IMG/VR virus record: IMGVR_UViG_2690316131_000024
Length of the DNA stretch: 32,435 nt
Origin: a virus
Lineage: Duplodnaviria; Heunggongvirae; Uroviricota; Caudoviricetes
Strand: one strand, 5' to 3'
Below the pieces are notes generated by a model that saw nothing but the letters and a program-made list of their open reading frames with translations, had not been told where the DNA came from and made no database searches. Made by a program: the position numbers and the translations under genes. Shown one piece after another: positions 8,696 to 17,362 of this stretch. How positions within the stretch are numbered: position 1 is the stretch's first letter; every line of letters starts with the position of its first letter.

Positions 8696-9184
8696 GGCTC
8701 TGCATTACCGGTTGGGGTGCCTGTTCCGTGGCCTTCAGCCACTCCGCCAACAGGCTGGCTGAAATGCAACGGTGCCGCTTTTTCTGCTGAAGAATACCCG
8801 GAACTGGCAAAGGCTTATCCGACAAATAAATTGCCTGATTTACGTGGTGAGTTTATTCGTGGCTGGGATGACGGGCGTGGTATTGATGCTGTACGTGCCT
8901 TGCTAAGTCTTCAGAATGGAGGAGTGGAATCACACACCCACCAAGGGCAGCTCTTCAGAGTTAGTGATTATCGTACAAAAGAAATACCAGCATCAGAAGT
9001 TATGGGAAGAGGATATATTGCAAGCCTGACGCCGGGTGCTGATAGCCCACTTGATTTTGATGATTATTCTGTATCTTCTAATCCAAATGGATATTTTGTC
9101 GGGAATCAGAGAACAACAGCATATGGGATAAATGAAACCCGTCCACGGAATATTGCATTTAACTATATCGTGAGGGCTGCATAA
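8684..9184 (+). CDS. Alternative tail-fibre C-terminal cassette V2 (receptor-binding segment)
   Basis: In frame with the crossover site; translation GEGSALPVGVPVPWPS...GEFIRGWDDGRGID...NETRPRNIAFNYIVRAA is a typical P2/Mu-type fibre C-terminus. No start of its own; expressed only when joined to H by inversion. Confidence 0.8.
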   Translation, partial: GLGEGSALPVGVPVPWPSATPPTGWLKCNGAAFSAEEYPELAKAYPTNKLPDLRGEFIRGWDDGRGIDAVRALLSLQNGGVESHTHQGQLFRVSDYRTKEIPASEVMGRGYIASLTPGADSPLDFDDYSVSSNPNGYFVGNQRTTAYGINETRPRNIAFNYIVRAA

Positions 9185-9786
9185 TGGATAACGCTGTATT
9201 AAATAGCGAGTTTATTGCTACAAAGGCGGGGAATATTACCGTCTATAACTATGATGGCGAAACACGGGAATATATTTCCACATCAACTGAATATCTTGCC
9301 GTTGGTGTCGGTATCCCTGCATATTCCTGTTTAGATGCCCCTGTCACATACAAAGCTGGTTATGCAATCTGCCGATCTGTAGATTTTAACTCATGGGAAT
9401 ATGTGCCAGACCATCGCGGTGAAATCGTCTTTAGCACCGAAACAGGAGAATCAAAAGAAATCACAGTTCCGGGTGATTACCCTGATAATACAACCACTAT
9501 CGCCCCGTTAACGCCATACGATAAATGGGATGGTGAGAAATGGGTGACGGATACCGAAGCACAGCATAGCGCCGCAGTAGATGCAGCAGAAGCACAGCGC
9601 CAGTCACTGATTGATACTGTAATGGCTTCAATCAGTCTGATTCAGCTGAAATTGCAGGCCGGACGTAAACTGACGCAGGCAGAAACAACCAGCCTTAACA
9701 CTGTGCTGGATTACATTGACGCGGTGACAGCAACAGATACGAGCACCGCGCCGGATGTCATCTGGCCTGAACTGCCGGAGGCGTAG
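9184..9786 (+). CDS. Tail-fibre assembly chaperone for V2 (tfa2), 200 aa
   Basis: Immediately follows V2 with stop/start overlap; conserved Tfa C-terminal region; converges with tfa1 with 3' overlap. Confidence 0.8.
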   Translation: MDNAVLNSEFIATKAGNITVYNYDGETREYISTSTEYLAVGVGIPAYSCLDAPVTYKAGYAICRSVDFNSWEYVPDHRGEIVFSTETGESKEITVPGDYPDNTTTIAPLTPYDKWDGEKWVTDTEAQHSAAVDAAEAQRQSLIDTVMASISLIQLKLQAGRKLTQAETTSLNTVLDYIDAVTATDTSTAPDVIWPELPEA

Positions 9787-10198
9787 GCCATTCAATATCT
9801 GGCGCACTGGCGGTATCGACCAGCTCCAGTGCGTCCAGATAATCCAGCCACAAATTATATTGTGCCAGTTCCTCACCTTTCAGACGACCAATAGCTGCTT
9901 TACCAGGCCATTGCTTACCGTTCATGTAATCATTGGCTAAATCTATTCTTTTTTGCTTCTCCACATCAGCAGCGACAATTAATTCTTCTCGTGTAGGTGG
10001 AGGAATATCACCCCATGCTGGCATGTTATTTAAAGTTATAAGTTGCTTACCTGTAGGGGGAGTGCCGGAAAACTCATAATAAATGCTGTCACTAACGTTA
10101 ATGGCATCATGTGGCCAACAATTATTATCAACATAATCAGCCTGCCACTCGATGGCATAAAAACGGGACTCAGATGGACTGAACACAAAATGATTCAT
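9758..10198 (-). CDS. G: Tail-fibre assembly chaperone (gpG-like, tfa1), 146 aa, currently in the expressed orientation
   Basis: Directly downstream of H with start/stop overlap; position equivalent to P2 G. Confidence 0.85.
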   Translation of the reverse strand: MNHFVFSPSESRFYAIEWQADYVDNNCWPHDAINVSDSIYYEFSGTPPTGKQLITLNNMPAWGDIPPPTREELIVAADVEKQKRIDLANDYMNGKQWPGKAAIGRLKGEELAQYNLWLDYLDALELVDTASAPDIEWPTPPAVQAR

Positions 10199-10199
10199 A

Positions 10200-11336
10200 T
10201 TAATATCCTATAGCTAAAAACATAGCGTCTGAGGTGTTTGTATTTACAGCAATATTCATCATGACCTGAGCGGTAAATCCTGTATTACTTACCCACTCGC
10301 ATGAGTTAGTTATCTGAACCCATGTTAATTTGGTAGAAAAAACGCCCCAGCAATTAACAGGGAACGGGACAGGGAAAGTCACTGGCACAGAATTTACTAC
10401 ACCGACAGTAGTCAAATTTGCGAGCGTCCGGCGAAACACCTGAATCTTAAGACCATCAGGACCTGTAAATAACAAATTATCGGTGTACTGCCCGCTTGCT
10501 CTTAAACCAAGGTATGTGAGAAGACCAGCTACATCCTTTCCACTCAAATTAGTCAGCGTCTCATCCAGTGGCTGCTTACCTGACAGCGCATTGTTAATGG
10601 TGGTGCTGAATTTCGGGTCATTGTTAATGGCCGCGGCAATTTCTTTCAGTGTGTCCAGCGTGTCTGGCGCGCCGTTAATCAGAGCGGTAATAGCGGCCTG
10701 AACAAACTCAGTGGTCGCAATCCGCGTGGTGTTATTTCCTGCGGCAGGCGTCGGCGCTTTTGGTTCTCCGGTAAATGTCGGATTATGTTTCTGCGCATAC
10801 TGGGTATGAGGATCCTGTGCGACAATGTGGTTTCTCATCTGGTCATCCACATACAGCTTTAATTCCAGGACTTCATCATCCACGTATTTACGGGTCGCCA
10901 GTACCACCGACGGGTCGATTTTCAGCGTAATAGCTTCGGTATTCGTGACAACCAGAATCATGCGGATAGTCTGGGTACGACCACTGCCTTCCTGTAACTG
11001 CGGTTTGTACGTTTCCGGGCAGTTCGCCACCGCAATGAGTACGCCTTCATCATCATAAAGCCCAATCTCACGGATCCAGAATCCGCCCTCGTTCTCAGGG
11101 ATGATTTGCTCCGCAATAATCTGGCTCTGGTTGTTCGGGTCAACACTCAGAAGATTCAGCGGCGCGATGCGTTTCTGGTTAATCAGTTTTGTCTGTGCCG
11201 GGTCTGGTGTCGGCAAGACACCATTCGCATCACCAACGGCCATTTGCGTCAGATTCAGCTTACTGCCGAGCATCGTCGCGTTAGCCAGCCGTGCTGCGCC
11301 CTGATTAGTCAGAATGGCGTAGTATTTCACTGTCAT
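10200..11336 (-). CDS. H: Tail fibre protein H (constant N-terminus plus invertible C-terminal segment V1), 378 aa
   Basis: N-terminus MTVKYYAILTNQGAARLANA...MAVGDANG resembles the P2 H / Mu S N-terminus; the C-terminal ~100 aa lie beyond the embedded crossover site at ~10510. Confidence 0.88.
   Translation of the reverse strand: MTVKYYAILTNQGAARLANATMLGSKLNLTQMAVGDANGVLPTPDPAQTKLINQKRIAPLNLLSVDPNNQSQIIAEQIIPENEGGFWIREIGLYDDEGVLIAVANCPETYKPQLQEGSGRTQTIRMILVVTNTEAITLKIDPSVVLATRKYVDDEVLELKLYVDDQMRNHIVAQDPHTQYAQKHNPTFTGEPKAPTPAAGNNTTRIATTEFVQAAITALINGAPDTLDTLKEIAAAINNDPKFSTTINNALSGKQPLDETLTNLSGKDVAGLLTYLGLRASGQYTDNLLFTGPDGLKIQVFRRTLANLTTVGVVNSVPVTFPVPFPVNCWGVFSTKLTWVQITNSCEWVSNTGFTAQVMMNIAVNTNTSDAMFLAIGY
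10497..10522 (-). other. cix/gix/hix-like crossover site embedded in H (site 1), inverted relative to sites 2 and 3
   Basis: On the minus strand TCACATACC-TT-GGTTTAAGA; right half identical to site 2, left half from the H constant region, i.e. the hybrid sites expected after past inversion. Confidence 0.7.
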
Positions 11337-11944
11337 GCGTTTACTCTCAGGTTATCAATTAAATGAATGGCCGAGGCCGGGAAATAATCCCCTCCGACAA
11401 TAATGGCCTCCGGGGTGTAGGGATAAACCGTCAGGGCGTCGCCGTGATAGCATCCCGCACCGGCAAAAATGTTGCCGGTTGTACTTAAACTGATAGCCAG
11501 TCCCGTCAGATGGCGGCTCGCCGGTTTTGCATCAGCAACGAGGCGCTCCAGCTCCTGATACATTTCTTCGGTAATACCCTGCTCAAGCACGCCAACAACG
11601 ATACGGAACGTCCCCGGCTCCTCGTTGAGCTGCCACCACTCCCTCACCTCAATCAGATAGCCGAGCGGCTCCACCACACGCCGGATTGCACCTATAGTGC
11701 CTTTATGACAGTGAATGAAATACGCATCGCGGATAACAGCGCGTTTTGTCGCTTCCGGCCACTTATCATCCCAGCGGTCAACCGAAAATGACCACGCCAG
11801 CCACGGCAGCAGATTTGCCTGGCAGGTATCCGGGTTCCACAGTTCACGAATACTGACCGGCGTTTTTTCAATTTCCGCACAGGCTTTTGCGGCGGCGACT
11901 TCAAGCGGTGATGAGCCGGTCGGCAGCAGGCGCGAATCACTCAT
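11333..11944 (-). CDS. I: Baseplate protein I, 203 aa
   Basis: Between J and H with overlapping stop/start codons on both sides; order J-I-H as in P2. Confidence 0.85.
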   Translation of the reverse strand: MSDSRLLPTGSSPLEVAAAKACAEIEKTPVSIRELWNPDTCQANLLPWLAWSFSVDRWDDKWPEATKRAVIRDAYFIHCHKGTIGAIRRVVEPLGYLIEVREWWQLNEEPGTFRIVVGVLEQGITEEMYQELERLVADAKPASRHLTGLAISLSTTGNIFAGAGCYHGDALTVYPYTPEAIIVGGDYFPASAIHLIDNLRVNA

Positions 11945-12845
11945 CCGAGCCTCCGGTCACGACGCGGTATTCGGTGCAGAAAGACGCCTGCGTGCTGTTA
12001 AGCACGATATCGGCCAGCGGTGCAGCCAGTTCGACACGCTGCACGCCTTCCACATGCAAAGCGGCATAAATGGCAGACAGACGGATGTCGCGCCCCAGCC
12101 GGTGCTGTGCCGTGATGTACGCTTCCAGCTTTTTCACGGCGGCGGCGCGGATGGGTTCGCTTTCGGGACCAGGGTAAAGGTAAAGCGTGGCGTTTATCTG
12201 GTATTCAACGATGGCGGCAGACTGCACGGTCACGCGGTCGGCCACCGGCCTGACGTCCTCGCCATTAAGGGCATTACGCACCACCGCCAGCAGGTCTTCG
12301 GATGCGACACCGTTATTTTCACGTGACAGCACAGAGATGGTGACGCAGGCCGGAGAAGGACTGGTGACAGAGATATCCGCGACACGCCCGTCGGCACTTC
12401 GACCATGATACTGATAGGCCCCCACCGACCCGGCGACGCTTAAACCTTCAAACGCCTGCTGAATACGCAGACGATAATCGGTGTCAGATTCCATCACGGC
12501 CGGTGTCGGCGGGATAGTCGAATCATCTGCCGGGGTGATAATCAGGCGCGTGGTGTTGTAATTGGCACCAATCACATCAAGGTCATTACCGGCAGCACAG
12601 GCCAGCATCACCGCCCGTGCGGCCTCATTCACACGCTGACGCCAGATAAGCTCACGATAAGCATTTTCCTCCAGCAGTTTGACGAGAGGCTCAGATTCCA
12701 GCGTCAGGGTACGGGCGACCGCCTCCTGCTGGTCTTCCGGGTAAAGGGAAATCAGTGTCGCCTTGCGTTCGGCAAGAATGGTTTCAAAGTCCAGCTCCTC
12801 GACCACATCCGGTGCGGGTAGCTGGTTCAGGTCGATAATCGGCAT
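11937..12845 (-). CDS. J: Baseplate wedge protein J, 302 aa
   Basis: 302-aa ORF, same length and position as P2 gpJ. Confidence 0.88.
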   Translation of the reverse strand: MPIIDLNQLPAPDVVEELDFETILAERKATLISLYPEDQQEAVARTLTLESEPLVKLLEENAYRELIWRQRVNEAARAVMLACAAGNDLDVIGANYNTTRLIITPADDSTIPPTPAVMESDTDYRLRIQQAFEGLSVAGSVGAYQYHGRSADGRVADISVTSPSPACVTISVLSRENNGVASEDLLAVVRNALNGEDVRPVADRVTVQSAAIVEYQINATLYLYPGPESEPIRAAAVKKLEAYITAQHRLGRDIRLSAIYAALHVEGVQRVELAAPLADIVLNSTQASFCTEYRVVTGGSDE

Positions 12846-12849
12846 GGTT

Positions 12850-13197
12850 TCAACTCACAGGGATGGTTAACGAAAGTGGCTGGCCGGTGTCGTTGTGCTG
12901 GCCGGTTAACGTGACCGTCATTCGCCCGTCAAAACTGCGCTCAGTGGTGACGGATGACAGGGTGACGCGGGGTTCCCATTTCAGCACCGCCATGTAACAG
13001 GCGACCTTAATCTGCAACTCAAGCGCCGGGGTCTGCGGCTGGTCAATCATTGATGCCAGCAACGAGCCGTAATCACGACGCATCACCCGTGAGCCGACCG
13101 GTGTGCGCAGGATATCGCCGATACTCTGGCTGATATGCTCAAGGTCAGTGACAGTCTGGCCATCACTGCGATTCATTCCGAGATAACGCGCTGTCAT
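12850..13197 (-). CDS. W: Baseplate protein W, 115 aa
   Basis: 115-aa ORF between V and J, same length as P2 gpW. Confidence 0.85.
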   Translation of the reverse strand: MTARYLGMNRSDGQTVTDLEHISQSIGDILRTPVGSRVMRRDYGSLLASMIDQPQTPALELQIKVACYMAVLKWEPRVTLSSVTTERSFDGRMTVTLTGQHNDTGQPLSLTIPVS

Positions 13198-13829
13198 AAA
13201 GGACTCCCGGTTGTGCCGCCGCTGTCGCCGGGGTGTTTGTGGGTATGCAGTACCTTACCGTTTGATGAGAGTTCACCGCCGGTGTGTTCAATGTTGCCGC
13301 GCATCGTCCCGCCCTTCTGCACTTCCAGCGTGCCGGTAGTCAGTTTGTTAGTGCAGACCACTTCCGGTGTGTCCAGGGTGACACGGGTTGACGCTTTCAC
13401 CGTGACCACCGGTACCGTGGCAGTAACAGAATCAGAAGCCGTCACGCTGGCCGTTTTAATTCCGCTTACCGTGAGTGCACTGGTTTCGGGTTCATACTCA
13501 ATCACCGCCCCGTCAGGGAAACGGATATGCAGGGCATCCGCCGACGCAGACGGCGCGGGGTTATCGCCGGAATAAATCCCCGGCAGAACGAACGCCGTGT
13601 CGAGTTCACCGCCCACGGACAGAATCAGCACCTGTTCCCCCACGGAAGGTGCCCACCATGTGCGCGAACGACCGGCGCGATGGGTCAGCCACTGAAGCCA
13701 GTCAGTGCACATGCCGCCGGTCTGCACACGGCAGCGACCGGCGTTAAGGTCGGTTTCGACGACAAGGCCGGTGCGGATCATGTTGCGCAGTGCGCGCGCG
13801 AGTTCCTGAATATTTGCGAGAGTGTTCAT
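13194..13829 (-). CDS. V: Baseplate spike protein V, 211 aa
   Basis: 211-aa ORF, N-terminus MNTLANIQELARALRNMIRTG, same length as P2 gpV; first gene of the V-W-J-I-H-G operon. Confidence 0.9.
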   Translation of the reverse strand: MNTLANIQELARALRNMIRTGLVVETDLNAGRCRVQTGGMCTDWLQWLTHRAGRSRTWWAPSVGEQVLILSVGGELDTAFVLPGIYSGDNPAPSASADALHIRFPDGAVIEYEPETSALTVSGIKTASVTASDSVTATVPVVTVKASTRVTLDTPEVVCTNKLTTGTLEVQKGGTMRGNIEHTGGELSSNGKVLHTHKHPGDSGGTTGSPL

Positions 13830-13840
13830 AACGGGAAGGA

Positions 13841-13864
13841 TGCCGCCGGGTCATACCGGCGGCA
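13841..13864 (-). terminator. Perfect 9-bp GC-rich hairpin between S and V (candidate terminator for the O..S operon)
   Basis: tgccgccgg-gtcata-ccggcggca, followed on the minus strand by a pyrimidine-rich stretch; sits at the boundary between two P2 late operons. Confidence 0.4.
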
Positions 13865-13895
13865 ATGTGACGATGAGGTGTCGGGAATGGCACAA

Positions 13896-14348
13896 CTAAC
13901 GGTCGAGGTGCGCCAGAATAATCTCTTCAATCATCTGCACATCCTCACCGGTAAAGCCGAGCAGGGGACGCGCCGGATAATCAATTTTCTTACCGTCTTT
14001 CCGGTTTTCTTCCGACAGACCGAACTGATGCACACTGGCGATTTTCGGTGACTTTCCGCCGTAAAATTCCATTGATGCCTGTTCCGGGCTGGCGCGGATA
14101 TGCAAAAAACGACTGGTGATAAGTTTCGCAAACATTTTTCGCTTAACACGACCAGTCTTTTTTCTGGCGCTCTGCTGCTGGCGTGGCACGTAGGGTGTGC
14201 CGTCCGGGGCTTTCTGAGCCATCACCCGACGCTGCTGACTCTGCCGCAGACGCTTCGCCAGCTCTGCACTCAGCCGCCGACGCCCTGACGGTGACAGCGA
14301 TTCAATAAGTCCGGTCAGCCGGTCTTCAAAACGCTTAAACTCATTCAT
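13896..14348 (-). CDS. S: Tail completion protein S, 150 aa
   Basis: 150-aa ORF, same length and position as P2 gpS; overlaps R by 8 nt. Confidence 0.85.
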   Translation of the reverse strand: MNEFKRFEDRLTGLIESLSPSGRRRLSAELAKRLRQSQQRRVMAQKAPDGTPYVPRQQQSARKKTGRVKRKMFAKLITSRFLHIRASPEQASMEFYGGKSPKIASVHQFGLSEENRKDGKKIDYPARPLLGFTGEDVQMIEEIILAHLDR

Positions 14349-14808
14349 CCCACTTGCTCACCAGTTCGCCATTGATATAAAGCTCCACCGGGCGGGTGAC
14401 CGGCTCCGGCGGCGGAGGTTCCGGGATATTCTTCACATGCAGTGCGCCATCCACCTCACTGACCAGCGTGCGCTCGGTCAGCATCAGGCTGATGCTGATA
14501 TCAAAGCTGCTGTCATTGTTGATGTCCGCATAAAACGTGAAGCCCTTTTTCTGGCCTTCGTCGGTGGTCATGATGTCGGGCTGATTTTCCCGCAGCCACG
14601 CCAGCACCGGCACGATGAGCAGGTCAAAATCACCGGTAAAGTCGGTCACAATGACATTGAGCGTGTAACGCTTTTCAAATGACAGCGACGTCGCCAGTGT
14701 GGAGGCAATACTCCCGTTATCCACGAATATCCGCAGCATCTCGGGACTGGTTTTCAGCACCGTGACGGCATCAGTCAGCGCCCTGCGCAGGCTGTCGGGT
14801 TTGAGCAT
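14341..14808 (-). CDS. R: Tail completion protein R, 155 aa
   Basis: 155-aa ORF, same length and position as P2 gpR. Confidence 0.85.
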   Translation of the reverse strand: MLKPDSLRRALTDAVTVLKTSPEMLRIFVDNGSIASTLATSLSFEKRYTLNVIVTDFTGDFDLLIVPVLAWLRENQPDIMTTDEGQKKGFTFYADINNDSSFDISISLMLTERTLVSEVDGALHVKNIPEPPPPEPVTRPVELYINGELVSKWDE

Positions 14809-15061
14809 CGTTTTCGTCCTGACAGTGTTTAATCATTTTTACCTGGCTGGCACAGCGTGCCAGCGCGTTCTCAAGCTGTCGGATATCGGCACTTAAATCG
14901 CCGTTCGTCTCCGGGTCACTGCCCGGCATCGGGCAAAGGCTCACTTTCGGGCAGGCGTTGGCGACAATCACTGGCGTCGGTGCAGGCCGGGCGCTGGTGC
15001 AACCGGCGCACAGCATCAGGCAGGCCAGCGCCGTACCAGTGGCGAAAATCTTCGTTTTCAT
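14771..15061 (-). CDS. lysC: LysC, Rz1-like outer-membrane lipoprotein (o-spanin), 96 aa
   Basis: Signal peptide ending in a lipobox (LMLCAGC), Pro-rich mature part; begins inside lysB in another frame and extends into R, as in P2. Confidence 0.75.
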   Translation of the reverse strand: MKTKIFATGTALACLMLCAGCTSARPAPTPVIVANACPKVSLCPMPGSDPETNGDLSADIRQLENALARCASQVKMIKHCQDENDAQTRQPAQGAD

Positions 15062-15341
15062 TCAGTAACCTCGTGATGGTTTTCTCGCGCTGTGCTTCAC
15101 GCTTCGCCGCGTTCTCCAGTTCCTGACGCAGTGCCACCTGCGCCAGCTCGTTTTTGTCTGCCCTGGTGATGGCAACATGAAGCTGATTTTTCAGCATGGT
15201 GATGGTCGTCTGCTGTTCACTGGCGACGTTATTCGCCCTGTCCAGCGAGGCGCGCAGGCTGGCATTTTTGTGTTTCATCAGAAACAGACCGGCCACCGCC
15301 AGTGATAACAACACAACCAGCACAATCATCAGCTTTGACAT
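14916..15341 (-). CDS. lysB: LysB, Rz-like inner-membrane spanin (i-spanin), 141 aa
   Basis: N-terminal transmembrane helix followed by a charged coiled-coil region; same length and position as P2 LysB. Confidence 0.8.
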   Translation of the reverse strand: MSKLMIVLVVLLSLAVAGLFLMKHKNASLRASLDRANNVASEQQTTITMLKNQLHVAITRADKNELAQVALRQELENAAKREAQREKTITRLLNENEDFRHWYGAGLPDAVRRLHQRPACTDASDCRQRLPESEPLPDAGQ

Positions 15342-15754
15342 GGTTCCCGCCCCTCAAAACGCTGACGGCAGGCCGTACGTATCAGCCGGAAGAACACCGA
15401 TGCCACGAGATAAATCAGCGCGGTAAAAATCCACCCGGCGGCAACCAGCGAGATAAACGTCGCCACCATCACCACCAGAGCCGCCGCCCGTCTGCACCAC
15501 GGCACCGGCTGCAAAAACAGCGACGTGACAATCTTCACGGCCAGCGATTCCGGCGGCAGCTCCCGCCCGTAGCGTTCCAGCACATACTCAGTGGCATACA
15601 CGCCGACACCACCGGCAACCACACAGATAACCGTCGCCAGAATCGCCCAGGCGGCGACAAAATTGACGGCCACGCTCTGCGGGTAAATCAGGGACAGTGC
15701 CAGCATCAGCGCCAGCGACACGTTCAGCATCAGTGAAAGGGATAATTTCTTCAT
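15329..15754 (-). CDS. lysA: LysA membrane protein (lysis timing / antiholin-like), 141 aa
   Basis: Polytopic hydrophobic 141-aa protein between K and lysB, same length as P2 LysA. Confidence 0.8.
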   Translation of the reverse strand: MKKLSLSLMLNVSLALMLALSLIYPQSVAVNFVAAWAILATVICVVAGGVGVYATEYVLERYGRELPPESLAVKIVTSLFLQPVPWCRRAAALVVMVATFISLVAAGWIFTALIYLVASVFFRLIRTACRQRFEGREPCQS

Positions 15755-15768
15755 GGTGTTTACTCCGT

Positions 15769-16266
15769 TTAAGCCGGTACGCCGCCGGCGGTACGCCAGA
15801 CGGTGACCAGTTTTTCCAGTGAATGCTCACGCTGACCGTAACCGGCACCCGGCAGGGACGCCCAGATATTGCGACAGCGTGAAATGGCGCGCTCAATGCG
15901 TCCCGCCCGGATGTCATCCAGTGCACCGCGTTCGCGGATCAACTGAATGGCGAGCCTGTCCTGTGACAACGGACTGAAATCCGGCAGGGCAAGCTGTTTG
16001 CGGTAGTGCGGCCAGAACAGGTAAAGCTGCTGATAGCGACCGGAGGCCGTGGATTTTTCACCGCGACGGTTAAACACCTTCGCCGGTCGGCCATGCGCGA
16101 ACGGGTGGTCACTGTAGTCGGTGAAGATTTCCGGCTTTCCGTCCAGTCCGGTGACTATCACGTCATAGCCCCGGTTTTTCGTCAGCGGATGATTCGCCGT
16201 CCCTTCGGACACGGCCAGCATGTCGAGAAAGGCGGCGATATTCTGATGCGTGTTAATTACCGGCAT
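15769..16266 (-). CDS. K: Endolysin (lysozyme) K, 165 aa
   Basis: 165-aa ORF immediately downstream of the holin, same length and position as P2 K. Confidence 0.88.
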   Translation of the reverse strand: MPVINTHQNIAAFLDMLAVSEGTANHPLTKNRGYDVIVTGLDGKPEIFTDYSDHPFAHGRPAKVFNRRGEKSTASGRYQQLYLFWPHYRKQLALPDFSPLSQDRLAIQLIRERGALDDIRAGRIERAISRCRNIWASLPGAGYGQREHSLEKLVTVWRTAGGVPA

Positions 16267-16547
16267 TACGGTTTCCCCCTGCCCTTAAAGCGGCGCTGAA
16301 TGGCAATCTCAATCACCTGATAACCGGCGATACCCAGCATGGAGCCGATGCCGCACACCGCAGGCAGTGACAGGTCAGGAAACTGCACCAGAACAACACC
16401 GGCAACCATCGAGACAAAACCACCGAGCAACATGCGCCCGATAAACAGACGCGGGGTGATGGGTTCACCACCGGCAAGCACCTTGCCGACAACAATCAGC
16501 ACCCCAATCATGAAAAGCGACAGGACGCTTTTTTCTTCTGCTGTCAT
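16266..16547 (-). CDS. Y: Holin Y, 93 aa
   Basis: 93-aa protein with transmembrane segments and a charged C-terminus, same length and position as P2 Y. Confidence 0.85.
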   Translation of the reverse strand: MTAEEKSVLSLFMIGVLIVVGKVLAGGEPITPRLFIGRMLLGGFVSMVAGVVLVQFPDLSLPAVCGIGSMLGIAGYQVIEIAIQRRFKGRGKP

Positions 16548-16550
16548 GCG

Positions 16551-16754
16551 TTACTCCCACAGATTGACAGTTTCAGCCACGGGCGCGGTCTGAACGTCGG
16601 GCAGTTCGACGGCGGTGCCGTGCGGCAGCACCGCGCCCAGTTCAGCCAGTCCCGGATTTGCGGCGAGCACGGCTTCGACCACGCCCTCAGTGCGCCCGTA
16701 ATACCGGACACAGATGGCGTCGAGCGTGTCGCCCTGTAGCGCAAAGGTCTTCAT
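16551..16754 (-). CDS. X: Tail protein X (LysM-like), 67 aa
   Basis: MKTFALQGDTLDAICVRYYGRTEG...; start taken at the internal Met of the 90-aa ORF so that it abuts L with overlapping stop/start. Confidence 0.8.
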   Translation of the reverse strand: MKTFALQGDTLDAICVRYYGRTEGVVEAVLAANPGLAELGAVLPHGTAVELPDVQTAPVAETVNLWE

Positions 16755-17263
16755 CAAATTTGACTCACGATGCAGCGCGGCTTGTCCTGGATACGCGCCA
16801 CCGCCCAGCGCATATCCCGCCACAGCTCATCAATGGTGCTGTCAATGCTGTCGGCCTTCTTGTCGCCTTTCGCACTGGCATCCACGCCGCGATAACGCTC
16901 ATAAAGCGATGCGGTCGCCATCGCACACACGGCGCGCTCGTAGTAAAAAACTTTGATGCTTTCACCGTCGATGTCGTCCGCCGGGACGTCCGCCAGACGC
17001 GTAAAACCGGCAGCAATTTTCTGTTCGCGGTACTCGTACAGCTCCGCATTTGTCTCCGCCATGCCTGACTTGATAGCCTCACGCAGACGGGCGGGGGCGA
17101 CGGTCTGCTCAAGGCGCATACGTTCCCGGACGCGCTTCGGGTCGATATCGGGAAAAAAGAACGTGTTTTTAATCACCGGCTCGTCGCCTGCCGGTTGCGG
17201 GATGACCACCGTACCCTCACCGGACACGGGAGCCTCCTTTCGCGGAATAATCAGCGTCATCAT
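16754..17263 (-). CDS. L: Head completion/stabilisation protein L, 169 aa
   Basis: Start taken at MMTLIIPRKEAP (internal Met of the 189-aa ORF), giving the P2 gpL length. Confidence 0.85.
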   Translation of the reverse strand: MMTLIIPRKEAPVSGEGTVVIPQPAGDEPVIKNTFFFPDIDPKRVRERMRLEQTVAPARLREAIKSGMAETNAELYEYREQKIAAGFTRLADVPADDIDGESIKVFYYERAVCAMATASLYERYRGVDASAKGDKKADSIDSTIDELWRDMRWAVARIQDKPRCIVSQI

Positions 17264-17362
17264 GACTACCTCTGAAAAGTCGGGCGGTGGACGCCGGTGC
17301 AGTGTCAGGTGATTCACCCTCACTGACCGGCGTGCCGCCCTGGCGCGGGGCGCATTCGGTTG

